Assembly (NCBI RefSeq): GCF_018977255.1
Contig: NW_024704743.1
Coordinates: 5,210,001-5,274,000, forward strand
Source: Callorhinchus milii
Lineage: Eukaryota
Length of the DNA stretch: 64,000 bases
Direction: 5' to 3'
Shown in pieces: positions 37,781 to 50,900 of this stretch (position 1 is its first letter; each line of letters starts with the position of its first letter). The position numbers and the translations under genes are program-made. Below the pieces are notes generated by a model. That model made no database searches. It was not told the DNA's origin and worked only from the letters and a program-made list of their open reading frames with translations.

Positions 37781-38626
37781 TGGGCTGCTGGCATCCTACC
37801 TCTCTGGTGAATCGTCCTCTTGTGGCAGCAACAGGAACTGGCGGTTGGGAGGACACAGCGCGGGGAGTGGAAATAATACTGACCATTACTGCAGTCTGTC
37901 AGGAAGCCCCTCCCAAGCTGAGGGGAAGGCAACTGCGTCCTTGTCAACGGCCGGCTCCTGCCGCTGCAGATAGTGAGCCACACGACTGATTGAGGGAAAG
38001 AGGGTGAGACAGAGTGATTGAGAGAAGGGGAAGAAAGAGTGATTCAGAGAGAGAGAGAGAGAGAGAGATTGACGATGTCTCGAAGTGCTTCACTGTAAAG
38101 TGTAGTGACTATGTATTTTTATAGTCAGATGCCTACAAATGCTATAATATTTTAAGACAAAGTTAAGGTTAAGGGAATGAGAAATGTGCTTTTGAAACCC
38201 TTCCATTAGATTAGTGCCTTGCAGTCATTCTCAGGCTGAGGTATCCATTATCCTCCCCTGTGTGAGCAGTAACTTAAACGCATGTTACTATGTATTGCAG
38301 GAAATGAAGAACATCATTACATTAGTCGCATTAATGCTTAAATAATAGATTCTGTTCCATCTCAGCTCTACTCATCACTCAAGACCAGTCAATACTCTTC
38401 CTGGGATGGCACTTCCGGCTGGCTGGGCCTGTGGGGAATACCTGGCAAATAAATGTCCATCAATCTGCCCTGTCTGGCCACATGCCCTCAGCCCAACTTA
38501 CTCTCAGCTGTTTCATCCCCAGATGTTTTGGAGTTCACACAGTCCTGTTTTGCCATTTTGTGCTGAAGAATTCTTTGTAAAGTAAATAATAATAATAATA
38601 ATCCTTACATGTGATATAGCACCTTT

Positions 38627-38992
38627 CGGTAGCTTAGTGGTTAGCGTACTCACCTCGCAAGCAAGAGGACCCGGGTTTGATTCACAGGTAGGACGAAATC
38701 TTAGGCAAATTTCCTTACTCCACACAACTCTATTTACCTTGCAGTAAGTAGGAACACGGTTGTTAGTCGACTGGCGGATTGCTTTTCCAGGGGTAATAAT
38801 CCCTTCTGAAAAAAATAAATAAATTGGTCACTCAATCGACGACTGTTTGTTGGACACTGCTGTATGCAATTGGCTCCTGCATTTCACCCACAAAATATAC
38901 AGTCACTGCACTTTACAGTGTATTCTGAAGCATTTTGAGACATCTCGAAGATGTGATAAGGTATTATATCAAAGGCAAGCCTTATTATTATT
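38627..38992 (+). mobile_element. tRNA-derived SINE (family A)
   Basis: Same head, body and tail. Further partial or full copies at about 48229-48382, 48753-48875 and 50937-51290. Confidence 0.85.
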
Positions 38993-39969
38993 TCACTTTG
39001 GGGGAACGGCTCACACTCTTCACAGGATTTACTGTAAAATGTCCTTTGATCATAGCAGCAGTAAATGGATGATGGGGGGCTGAAATTATTCCTCACATCT
39101 GCTCTTTCAAGCTCGCTGATACCTCCTCGGTGCTCCTCACAGGTTCCTATCTTCCAGCAATCTGCAGATGTTAAAATCCATGTTGGTCCTGAATCACCCA
39201 ACCATCACCTTGGTGTGTTCTCTCTCAGTTCTTCTGAACCAGCACTGAAACCCCACTCACTGCTCTGGACAACAAGAGGAAATAACTCACATCTTTATAG
39301 AACATAGAAAATTGAAACGCCTCAAAAGTCCTTCAAAGTGTTTGATAAGATCCTGCAAACACCCAGGAAGGTTTTTGTTTGCTCGGCCGGGTGTTTAACA
39401 CATGTGGAAACCTATTACCAATGCTTAACAGTCTCCAAACCAAGCTGAGATTTCCATGCATCCCACCTACACATGGAAATCCCAGAGATAGGTTATTGGA
39501 ATGGAATGCGCACTCTCTCCCTGGAGGGATGCATCCTGCTTACCTAATTCCGGAAAGTATTAGGCGCAGGTTGGTAAGAGCCAAGGCTTGGGGACCCCAC
39601 AGTGTACGCTGCGGTAACTGCTGGAAGTGAATGACCAATTTATCTGTGGGATTGTTGGCCAGGAAACCAGGAGAGAGAAACTCCCTTCTCTTTATGAATA
39701 GGATCACACTGTCTTCAATGCTCACATAAACAGACAGATAGGAGCTCGCTTTAAAGTCTCATCCAGAGTACAGCAGTGGAGGGTCCCAGCACTGTACTGG
39801 AGCTCAACTCCCAATATACGGCCTGGATTCTAAAAGGTAAAACAGTACTGAAATCACAGAGCAGCTGAGCCTTAGTATTGCACTGAGGGCAGTGATTGTA
39901 TGAGTGACTGTGTTACTGTACCCGAATAAAGCACTGGCTCTGGGAATGCATAGCCAGACCATCACATTT

Positions 39970-40330
39970 AAAACTCTCCTCTCTCCCCTCCTCCTCTCCT
40001 TCCCTCCTCCTCGTGTTTGCCTTCTCTCTTCTCTTCTCTTCTCCCCTCTACTCTCCTACTCCCCTCTCCTCTCCCTCCCCTTTTTCTCTCCTCTCCGCTC
40101 TCCCCTCTCCTCCACTCATCCCCTCCTTTCTGTTCCCCTCCTCTTCCCTCCCCTCTCCCCTGTCCACTCCTCCCATCCCCTCCCTCCCCTCTTTCCTCCC
40201 CTTTCTCCTCTCCCTTCCCGTCACTCCATTCCACTCACTCCTCCCATCCCCTCCCTCCACTCTCTCCAATCCTACAATCCCCTCTCCTCTCCACTCTCCT
40301 CTCCTTTCTCCCCTTCCCTCTCCATTCCTC
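39970..40330 (+). repeat. Long CT-rich polypyrimidine tract abutting the exon 5 acceptor
   Basis: Directly visible. Confidence 0.92.
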
Positions 40331-40335
40331 GCCAG

Positions 40336-40520
40336 GTCGCAACTCCTAACCCGAGCACGACTCTTCAGCAACTCCAGGCTTCTTCAGCAGCAATGGAAAA
40401 GCAAAGGCATTCGCTGTATCGGTGGGGTGCTGTACCGAGTGTCTGCCAACAAGCTGTCCAAAAGCCCCGGCCTTGCCAGCAAACTCGCCCTCGGGGGCAC
40501 GAGGACTCCCACACCATCAG
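40336..40520 (+). CDS. ZC3H3: ZC3H3 coding exon 5
   Basis: cctcgccag|G...TCAG|gtagga, 185 nt. Encodes the ZC3H3 signature WKSKGIRCIGGVLYRVSANKLSK. Confidence 0.95.
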
Positions 40521-41914
40521 GTAGGAGAGCTGAGTGTAAAGGGGGATTTACCCCCCCCTCATCCCACCCTCCCCCTCTCCCCCATCCCGCCCTCCCCCCC
40601 CCCTCGGCTTTGTTGGGTCTCTCCCTCTGAGGATGTGGAATCATCATGCCTATAATAATAATAGTAATAATTTGATATAGCACCTAATCACGTCTTCGAG
40701 ACATCTCAAAGCACTTCACAGAATATGCTGTAAAGTGAATTGACTGTATATTTTGGGGCTAAATGTTAATGGCAAAATGCCTATGGCTCTAAGTACTCTG
40801 CCCAAGTGATCCATCTTCACTTGGCAGCCTAGTGGGGCATCGGCTGGGCTCTCGAGATGATAATAATAATAATAATCCTTGCATTTGATATAACGCCTTA
40901 TAACGTTCGAAGGATGTCTCAAAGCACTTCGCAGGATTTACTTTGAAATGGAGTGACTGTATTTGTATGCAAGCATGGCAGCACAATTGTGCATAGCAGT
41001 GTCCCACATTGAATAGTGCCTTTTGATCTCTAACATCCACCTGAACAGGCAGACGAGACCTCAATTTAACATCTCATCTGAAGGAACGCACCTAACAATG
41101 CTGACAAGCACCGAGCTGGGCTGACACACTAAATTTTGTGAGATGCCTCCTGATGTGAGAAAGGCACAATATCAAATGGGGAAATTATTATCTCCGCATT
41201 TGATATTCTACCTGACCTGCTGAGTGTTCCCAGCGACTTCTGTTTTTGTTGCAGTGATTATTATTGCCATTGTTTGTGATGTCCTCTGTGATTTGCTTTT
41301 ATGTGCAAGAAAGAATTGATTACATTTGTATAGAGCATTCCAAGTCAGGAGGACGTCCCAAGGCGCTGGACAGTCAGGGATCCGCACCCGAGCTGGGGGT
41401 TGGGATCAGGAGGAGTATAAGTCCACTTACCAATTATTTTCATTATGTAAAGACAGTTTTAAAGATTTAAAGTCAGCTCAACCCTTAACCTTCTCAGCTG
41501 TAAGAGAGTATAACCCCGGTTTACCCATCCCCTCATCACAGTTACCTCCCTTCATCCCAGGTAATAATGTACAGTGATTAGTTGCTGGACACACTCCGAG
41601 GGCAGGGTGGAAGTTTGGGCATTCAGTACAAGCAGTGCACTTCCTTGCTTTTATATTCCAGAGTTTATTGTAAAGAGTAGCAGCCCATTAGATATTTTGA
41701 TTGCCTTCTGGATCCACAAGCTAGCATTTAACAATTTATATATTTGTTCCCTAAATACCTTTGTGCCATTTTTATCATTCCCCCAGTGCTTTGAAATGAT
41801 ATGCCAGGTGTAATTATATGATATGTACTGAGTCACTTTCTAACTAGTGCAACTGTTCATTTTGTAAATGGGTCTGAGCTGCTAGGCATTGTGAGCCCAT
41901 GTAACACGATGATC

Positions 41915-42242
41915 ACTGCGGAGCTCAGGGATGTGTGTCTGGAGAGAAAGTGAGAGAGAGAGAAAAAGGGGGCATTAAGCATTGCACAGCTCAGGGATGT
42001 AGTTAAACATTGAGGAGCTGAGGGATGTGCGGAGAGAGTGAGAGAGTTAAACACTGCGGTGCTCAGGGATGTGGAGACAGAGAGAGAAAGTTAAACACTG
42101 CAGTGCTCAGGGATGTGTGGAGACAGAGAGAGAGAATTAAACATTGAGGAGCTGAGGGATGTGTGAAGAGAGAGAGAGAGTTAAACACGGTGCAGCTCAG
42201 GGATGTGCGGAGAGAGAGTTAAACACTGCAGAGCTCAGGGAG
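41915..42242. repeat. Degenerate tandem repeat (gctcagggatgtg...gagagagttaaacactg), about 7 units
   Basis: Repeated gctcagggatgt and gagttaaacac cores with variable GA spacers. Confidence 0.85.
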
Positions 42243-42601
42243 CTAGCTCACTGTGATAGTCTAAGAGTGACGTCAGTAGTATTTTTAAATGAAATGATTG
42301 TGCTGAAGTAAGTTGTGGAAATACAAGAATAAAGGAGAGAGTTCTGGAGCTCTGAGAGCTAGGAATCTGTTCACCCATTACTATCACTTCTTCAAAAGGT
42401 TCTCTCACTTTTGAATTGTGCTAAAGGTAGACGTAAGTCTTTCTATTGCTCATAAGGCCGGCAGCTGCAATACTCAGGTGAAGCCTGGGAAGATGAGCAG
42501 TGTTAACATATCAGCCCAAACTTTACCTCTGCGCCTACTGCAACCTCACAAGCACCTTCCTCTGTCCCTCAACACACAATTTGAGAATCACAAACATTAA
42601 G

Positions 42602-43324
42602 AAGAACATAAGAGTTTGCTAGGTGAAAGAAGACCATCTAGTTCACCATCCTGGCATTGCTTGACATGTCGTGTCCCAAACTATATAATGTATCCAAGTT
42701 ATTATTTTCTCGCCGAAATCTATCTAATTTGTTCTTGAAACAAACAATATTTTCTGGTTCCACTGTCTCCCTAGGGAGCCTGTTCCATACATTTACATTC
42801 GCTCACTGAAGTAGTGTTTCCTCAGATTTGTTCTGAATTTACCCGCCTTCAATCGCAGGCCGTGTCCTCTGGTTCTACTGTTTCAGTACAAGATAAAACA
42901 GCTTATCATGGTCTACATTATCTATTCCCTTCAGAATCTTAAAGACTGTAATCATATCGCCCCTCAACCTTCTCTTCTCCAGAGTGAATATGCCCAGTTT
43001 ATCTAATTGCTCCTCATAATCCAGTCCTTCCATCCCCTCAATCATTTTGGTTGCTCTCCTCTGTATCCTCTCAATCGCTGCAATATAGTTCTTATATGAA
43101 AGAAGAGTAGGTTAAAGAATATCTTCCCATGAGATGGTATGATGTGGAATTCTAGGTCACAAACCATAGAAAAGTTGATAAATTAATATAAAAGGGAATT
43201 AGAATAGTGTGGCAACTTGGCTCGCTTGGTCGCACTCGACTCCGTATCAGAAGGTTGTTTTGCCCGCAAAATACACAGTCAATCCACTTTATAATATATT
43301 CGGTGAAGCTATTTGAGACGTGAT
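42602..43324 (-). mobile_element. CR1 3' fragment plus adjoining repeat fragments (copy 1 of a local duplication)
   Basis: Reverse complement matches the CR1 at 29980-30562; duplicated at 44925-45662. Confidence 0.85.
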
Positions 43325-43780
43325 AATGCAAGGATTATTATTGTGGGTGCAAACCACACATTCTGACTGTGAGTCCATAGTGTCTGTTCTGACTCTCAAG
43401 CAGTGCAGCGCATGAATTCCAGCTACTGACCCTTTGACCACATCATCGCACCTTCGATCATCTTTCCCCCTTCCCTTACCATCTCTTGTCTTTGCCTTAC
43501 TTGCCAAGGCATTCTTTTCCCCTAAATCATTGTTCCTCTGTATTGGATGACTCAGAGCGTTGGCTTGACTGGTCAAATGGCCTGTTGTCTTTGTTGACTC
43601 CATTAATCTGTCTGTACTGTTTGCTGTGTGAGCGGTGCAGGCTTGATGCGTCGAATGGCTCCTTCTGCACTGCAGACTTCTGTGTTATGGTCCTGTGACA
43701 CACCACTCATGAACTGGACATAGGTCCAGCCTCTCCACTCGTTGAGCCTGCTCAGCTCTCAGCCTGCGCTATGTCCTGCC

Positions 43781-43813
<33 letters not shown>

Positions 43814-44924
43814 GTGTGTAACACGTTGCAGTTGGTCCACCTCTGCCAGTAATGACAGGTTTGGACAGATGGCAGCCAGGTTGACAACGACAGAATCAGT
43901 GATGCCTCCAGTCAACCAAGCGGGTGTTCCTCAGCAATCAAATCCTCCTCCTTCAATCTGCAGCCGGAATCCACTGTCAGTTTCTGTGATGGCTTCCTCC
44001 CCTTTGTTTGTCTGTTCCAGTCTCTGCTCTGTGGGCTGTGTAAAATCTCTCTCAACAGTGGGATTGCAATCGCTGAGCTGAGTGGGTGGGAGGAGCGTGT
44101 CAGGACAAGTGAGCTTTAGTGCTAATACCTGTCCCTCTCACTCGCGTGCACTGAATGCCTGGGGTTTCAGCCATGTGCAAACGGCTGCGTGTTTGTCCTC
44201 TTACCGCAGCTCTCAGTCGCTTGTTGCTCTCTTCGCTTCCTGTATTTCAATGATTGAAACTATTATAATAATAATAATCCTTGCATTTGATATAGCGCCT
44301 TATCATGTCTTCAAGACATCTCAAAGTACTTCACAGTACATACTGTAATTGCGACTATACGTGGGCAAAACGTGGCAGTCAATTGCGTACAGTAGTGTCC
44401 CACAAACAGTCATGGATTGAGTGACCAAATTATTCTTATTTTTTTTGTCAGGATTATTACCCCAGAAAGCGATCCGCCAATCCATTAACAAGCAGGTTCC
44501 TACTTACTGTTAGATAAACAGGCGTTTCATACGTTTTTATAGCACTTGAAAAATTGCAACGTCTTAAAATGCTTCCTAGTAATTGTTGTGATGGAATGAC
44601 TTTTTTGTAGGCAAATAAGTGGCCATTTTGCTAACAACAAGACAGAAAGCACTGTGGGGAACTCCTGCCTTTTCTTTTCAATTACTGCCATGGCATCTTT
44701 AACATCCACTGTGAATCAGGCAGCCGGGCCTCAATTTAACGTCTCACTCAAACGATGCCACCTCCAACAATGCATTTCTACCCTGATAACTGTGCTGGCG
44801 TCAGCCTGGACTGTGACTCAAGTCCCAACAAAGAGCTTGAACTCACAGTATTCTGATTTAGCGGGCAGAGTGCTACAACTGAGTCCAGATTACACTTAAG
44901 ATCCACGTTCTCAGCTCATGAGAT

Positions 44925-45662
44925 AAGAACATAAGAATTTGCTAGGCGAAAGAAGACCAAGGTTCATCTAGTTCACTTTCCATCATCCTGGCAGTCGCTT
45001 GACTGTCGTGTTCCAAACTATATACCAGTTAGCCAGATATTATTTTCTAGCAGAAATCTATCTAACTTGGTCTTGAAACAAACAACATTTTCTGCTTCCA
45101 CTGTCTCCCTAGGGAGCCTGTTTCATATGTTTATTACATTCTCACTGAAGTAGTGTTTTCGCAGATTTGTTCTGAATTTACTTGCCCCTCAATCGCAGGC
45201 CATGTCCTCTGGTTCTACTGTTCAGTACAAGATAAAACAGCTTATCATGGTCTACATTATCTATTCCCTTCAGAATCTTAAAGACTGTAATCATATCGCC
45301 CCTCAACCTTCTCCTCTCCAGAGTGAATATGCCCAGTTTATCTAATCACTGCTCATAATCCAGTCCCTCCATCCCCTCAATCATTTTGGTTGCTCTCCTC
45401 TGTATCCTCTCAATCGCTGCAATATAGTTTTTATATGAAAGAAGAGGAGGTAAAGAATATCTTCCCATAAGGTGATATAATGTTGAATTCTATGTCACAA
45501 ACCATAGAAAAGTCGATAAATTATTATAAAAGGGAATTAGAATAGTGTGGCAACTTGGCTCGCTTGGTCGCACTCGATTCCGTATCAGAAGGTTGTTTTG
45601 CCCGCAAAATACACAGTCAATCCACTTTATAATATATTTGGTGAAGCTCTTTGAGACGTGAT
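44925..45662 (-). mobile_element. CR1 3' fragment plus adjoining repeat fragments (copy 2 of a local duplication)
   Basis: Colinear with 42602-43324, including the internal junctions. Confidence 0.85.
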
Positions 45663-45844
45663 GAGGCGCTATATCAAGACCATAATCATATGCCCCTCAA
45701 CCTTCTCTTCTTCAGTGTGAACAAGCCCAGTTTATGAGCTCATAAAGTTCATGAGCTGCTCGAGCCTGATGTTGCACTAAACTGCGATCACTAGTCGCTG
45801 AGCAGTTGAAGCCAGAAACACACTTCACCCCCCCCACTGACGTT

Positions 45845-46232
45845 TTGTTTGTGTGTGTCTCCTAACAGTGAGGACCCAGGCTGTGTGTGTGTGTGTGTGT
45901 GTGTCTCCTGGCAATGAGCTCCCAGGCCGTTTATGTGTGACGATGTCTTCTGGCAGTGAGGCTGATTCCCGTGTGTGTGGGTATCCTGGCAGTGAGGTTC
46001 CAGGCTGATTCTCTCTGTTTGTGTATACGTCTCCTGGCAGTGGTTTAGGCACTCCGAAATGCCATCCTGGGTGAAGGGTGCTATATAAGTGCATGTTGTT
46101 GTTGAAGTCCCAGGCTGATTCTGAGTGCGTGTGTGTGCATCTGTGTGTGTTTCTCCTGGCAGTGAGTATGCAGGCTGACTCTGTGTGCGTGTGTGTGTGT
46201 TTCTCCTGACAGGTAGCTCCCAGGCTGATCCT
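45845..46232 (+). repeat. Degenerate minisatellite ((GT)n-ctcctggcag-tgag...caggctgat) overlapping the exon 6 acceptor
   Basis: Seven recognisable units; the last one contains the predicted acceptor. Confidence 0.8.
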
Positions 46233-46297
46233 GATGGTGCTGACTGTTACTTCCCCAGCAGCCTGGCCAGGCCGCTGACACCTCGCTACATCGCCAG
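46213..46297 (+). CDS. ZC3H3: ZC3H3 coding exon 6 (acceptor position less certain)
   Basis: ttctcctgacag|GT...GCCAG|gtcagt, 85 nt. Encodes GSSQADPDGADCYFPSSLARPLTPRYIA(S), joining RAVQRSL in exon 7. This acceptor gives the required phase 1; the cag acceptors near 46258-46261 give the wrong phase. Confidence 0.72.
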
Positions 46298-47119
46298 GTC
46301 AGTAACGCTCCTCCCTCGGCCTTCGGTTCAGGAATGTTCTGAAAGTGTGCCTTTTCCCACAATGCCTCCCCTCCTGAAAGCAGTTTGACCGCATGTCCTC
46401 ATGGCCTGAGTGACCAGATACCTTTCCCCATGTGTGAGCCATGGGACCTGGTCACACCCAAGCTCTGAACCTTTCCCGCCAGCCCACCTGTCGCCATGCT
46501 ACTCTGTGGATAGCAGTCCGGTGTGGAAACCCTTACTGTTTATTTTCCCCTTTCCCCAACTCAGTGGCCAATTGTAGCCCAAACCACTGGCTGGCCATCG
46601 AGCACTCACCACAGAGCAGAGTCTGGGTGCGTGACCTGATCGGGGCTGCGCTGGGACGTGCCTTTACCAGCTTATGTCCTACAGGAGGGCAGAGTTTGGC
46701 ACAAGACTGGGAGCTGAGGAACTGTCCACTCAAAGTGGCCCTGTGCGCTGCAGATCTTTCACAAACATCTCCAGCCAGGCTTCTGCCTCTAACCCCGTGA
46801 TGAAGAGGTGCGCAGTCCAGCACCCCAGAGGTGCTCACTGACCCTCACCTCTCACCTGTATGATATTTTATGATTGAGGTCAGGAGCTCACTGGGGAGGG
46901 AGGAGTTAGTGATTTTCTTGCATGTAGTTCTGGATCTCATACTCTGGAGTCTCTAAAGGAATATAGTACAATACAATTAAATGTATACAGGCCTCTCATG
47001 TCAGGATGATGTCCTGAAGTGCTAACAATGCTGGCCCGAGCAGGGGAAAGCTGAGCGAAAGTGCTGTCAAAAGAGAGTAGGTTAAATGTTCATTTTAATT
47101 TTACAATATGTACCCACAG

Positions 47120-47278
47120 CCGTGCCGTCCAGCGCAGCCTGGCCATAATCCGACAGGCCAAGCAGAGGAGATCCAAAAAGAAGGAGTACTGTATGTACTA
47201 CAACCGCTTTGGGAAATGTAATCGCGGAGAGAAGTGTCCCTACATCCACGACCCTGAGAAGGTAGCTGTGTGCACAAG
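47120..47278 (+). CDS. ZC3H3: ZC3H3 coding exon 7 (CCCH finger 1, start of finger 2)
   Basis: cccacag|C...ACAAG|gtacgg. Encodes RAVQRSLAIIRQAKQRRSKKKEYCMYYNRFGKCNRGEKCPYIHDPEKVAVCTR. Confidence 0.97.
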
Positions 47279-47843
47279 GTACGGTCGAGCCCACTGCTCA
47301 GTGTGACCTGTTTGTTGTTGGGACGGAACGTTACTGTCAATTAGGCAAACTTCCGAATGGCGCATGTCATGCTTCTTCACCAGATGGTGGCCACAAAATA
47401 GTTTTAAAACTGAAAAATGAAAAAGCGGTCGGGCCTTCAGCCTCTTTGCCCCCACCCTTTGGAACTCCATTCCACAGCACTCGAGTTTCTCCTGGTGTTC
47501 TGGCCAGCAATCTTCTAGAATCAGGACCCTGAATTTAAAGCTGTTTCTGGGACGTTACTGTGTCAAAATAGCTCCTGTGTTTGTCTAGAGTACACTATCA
47601 CTACACACATGATAAAGTGCTTTGAGATATTTGACATAAGCAGCTATAAAAATAAAAATGCACGTTCCTTTTTAAGAGCCAATAAAGCTTCCTGTAAAGG
47701 GACTTGAGATCTTGTGAAGTTCTTTGAGATGCTTTGAAGATGTGATCAGGCCTGATTTCAAATGTATGTATTATTATATAACAGTGTCTCAGTGTCTCCT
47801 CCTCACGCAGCCCATGACTAACACTTTGGCTTCTCTCCGCCAG

Positions 47844-47913
47844 GTTCCTGCGGGGCACGTGTAAGCAGACAGACGGAACCTGCCCCTTCTCCCACAAAGT
47901 CTCGAAAGACAAG
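47844..47913 (+). CDS. ZC3H3: ZC3H3 coding exon 8 (CCCH finger 2)
   Basis: ctctccgccag|G...GACAAG|gtgagc. Encodes FLRGTCKQTDGTCPFSHKVSKDK. Confidence 0.96.
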
Positions 47914-50900
47914 GTGAGCTGTTTCTCTTTGTGAGAGGATGTTCCTTTCGACGGGGCTGAATCCTTACTTTGCTGAGATTGGGCTCCCCCACCTCCCGTA
48001 AAAATAATTTGGTCAACCAATCCACGAGGATATCAAATGCAAGAATTATTATTATTATAGACCATGCTGCATTATTTTATTTTTTTAAATGATGTTCTCT
48101 CCTGTAGTGATCCTCTATCACCGTTCCTATAGTGTGTGATTTAGCTCTATCACTGTCCCCTATTGACCTAACAGGATAGAATGGTGATGCTTTGCTTTTG
48201 TGATTTCTTCAGTCTCACTGTCTCACGTGGAGTCCTGTGGTTTAGTGGTTAGAGCACTCGCAAGCAAGAGGACCCGGGTTTGATTCCCGGCAAGGCGAAA
48301 TGTTAGGCAAGTTTCCTTACTCCACACGCCTCTGTTTATCTAGCAGTAAGTAGGAACACGGTTGTTAGTTGATTGGCGGATCTCTAACAGGAAGGAGAGG
48401 GAGGGAGGGACAGAGTGTAACGGGGGTAGTAAGGGAATAGACAGATTGTACTCGAACCCCTGGAGTGAAGATTCCATGAGGATCTTGTTTCTCACTTGAC
48501 TTTTAACTCATTTACCAGGAGACAGAATTGTGGCCAATGAACTGCTTCAAAGGACATGAGGAGCTTTGGGCTCAGGTTGTGGCCACGTGTTAACAAGATC
48601 ATGTAACCATATAACACCTAGAATCCTGGTCAGCGACAATCCCGATCCACGGGGCATTTACCTCACCGCTGTATGTGCAGCTTGTGTATAAAGTGACTGC
48701 TGCATTTGCCTCCAAAAAGACAGTTACTCCACATGCCCCGGAATGAGTTGGGGTGTCCTGTAGCTCAGTAGTTAGAGCACTCGCCTCTCAAGCGAGAGGA
48801 CATGGGTTCGATTTCCAGGCAGGAAGAAGCGTTACGCAAGTTTCCTTACTTCACACACCTCTGTTTACCTCGCAGTATATATATATCAAATGCAAGGATT
48901 ATTATTATTACATAGTACCGTATCACTTCTTTGAGATGTTCCAAAGCGCTTCACAGAATACACAGTACCATAAAGTGAATTGACTGTGTATTTTGTGGGG
49001 GAAACCTCCCTTTTAATTCCTTTTGCGATGATCGTTCAATGATCCGTGTAAAGACTGATAATTCTAAATGGCAGCTAGGTACATAGACAAGCCTAGTCTC
49101 CAGCTGTGTACAGAATTCAGAGATTCAGACAGTGAGTTGAGGAGCTGCAAATGTGGCTGGGTGTGCTTGCTTTGCAGGTTAATGCAGGCAGAGCCATGGT
49201 CCACCGCTGCTACGCTGTGTATCCTTGGTTGTGAAGAATCAGCACTTTCCCCTGTAATAGAGCTTGAAAATTCAGTTGTGTGCAGTTTAGGACCTTGTGT
49301 TGTGTTCAGCTTCATTAGTCTTCACATCGGATTCCCTTGTATAAACGCTATATAATGGGGAGGGATGCCTCAGTGCTCATTGTACGTGCAGGCAGTTTCC
49401 TCACATTTGGTATGGAGGTGCACTGGGGTGTAACGCAGGTTAATTGAAATAACAGTTAGGTTGCATCTTAATTCTAGGAAATTCCGTACAGGCTTCAAGC
49501 TGTTATCTATAAGAGGAGGTGCTTTCTTGTCTACTTTTGCTAATCAAAAAGATGCATTTATTTAGCACCTTTCACATAGGATGTATGTCTCCGAGCACTT
49601 CACAGAGCTGATGGGGGTAGCTAGCAGGGAGGAGAGAAAGGAGAATTTAAAGGGTGTCGATCAAATGAACAGTCAAAAGACAACAGTTTGTACCAGTATT
49701 TGATAGAGGAGAGAAAACAAAGAGATTTTGAGGAAGAATGCCATAGAGCTGGGGGCACCGATGGTCGGGGGAAAAAGGTAGTGAGCAACAAGTTGTAATG
49801 TCCACTTGAACAGTTTAACATGTCATCGAAAGGGCAGCACCTCCAGCACTCCCCCAGCATTGCACTGGAGTATCAGCCTCTCAAGAGATCAAAATTTCTC
49901 ACATGGGGCCTGAACCCATAACCTCCTGCCTCAGAGTGCTGCCAACTGAGCCATGCCAGAACCTGCAATCAACAACAACAACTTGCGTTTATATAGCGCC
50001 CTTCACACGGGGTAGCGTCTTGGAGCGCTTGACAGTAACAGAGTCTGACATTGAGCCGGGGCAGAGGGAGGGGGGAATGTGACCGTAAGCACGATCAAAT
50101 AGGAAGGTCTTTAGGCAGGATTGAGGGAGAGAGTTCCAGAGTTTTGGGGCGTAGTGGCTGGAAGCACGGTTGCCAATGGTGCAGCGGAGGGGACGAGGGA
50201 CTAACCCATGAAAGGCGCTATACAAACCCCCCTTCAACTAACCCCCCCTCAACTACGGGACGTGGTGCAGGCCAGAGCCCACTGAGCGGAGAAGCGGACA
50301 GATTGATATAGGGTTAGTAGGTCACAGAGGTAGAAAGGAGCAAGGCCATGGAGGGCTTGAGACAGCGCTGCGTTGTTGTGTCAGCCCAGCTTGGGAGCTC
50401 AGGTTCTGAGGTGAGACTTGAAGCCACAGCCTGTGACACAGAGGAGAGAGTGTTACACAATGTCAGCGAGTCTCCAAGCAGGGTCCTCACCAGCTGCTTT
50501 CTGAAGGTCAAGTGCAATATCCACCGACCTGCCCTCCTTCACCGACTTCATTATATCCCCAAAGAATTGCACTCAGTTAGTTGGACACGACCTGTCTTTC
50601 TCAGATGTCGACTAGCTTGGATTTATTGCCTTTCCTCACTGAATGGTCTAGAGTTCTTCCTTTATAATAGACTCGGCTATTTTTCCATTACAAATATCAG
50701 GGGAAACGGCCTGTAATTGCCAAGCTCATTCTCTGATCAACCTTTGAGATTGGAATCCCATTTACTAACATTCAGTCCTCTGGTGCCACAAAGCACCTGC
50801 CACTGCATTCCCCAGTCATTGCTTTACTGTGATCAGGCTCCTTGCACACCTTTAAATTCTCCTGTTACTTATTGGCCATTTACTCCACAACCACCCCCAA

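Noticed and set aside
49042..49332. Imperfect inverted repeat (atccgtgtaaagactgat / attagtcttcacatcggat)
   Set aside because: The match is short and gapped and pairing does not extend inward, so I cannot distinguish it from chance.
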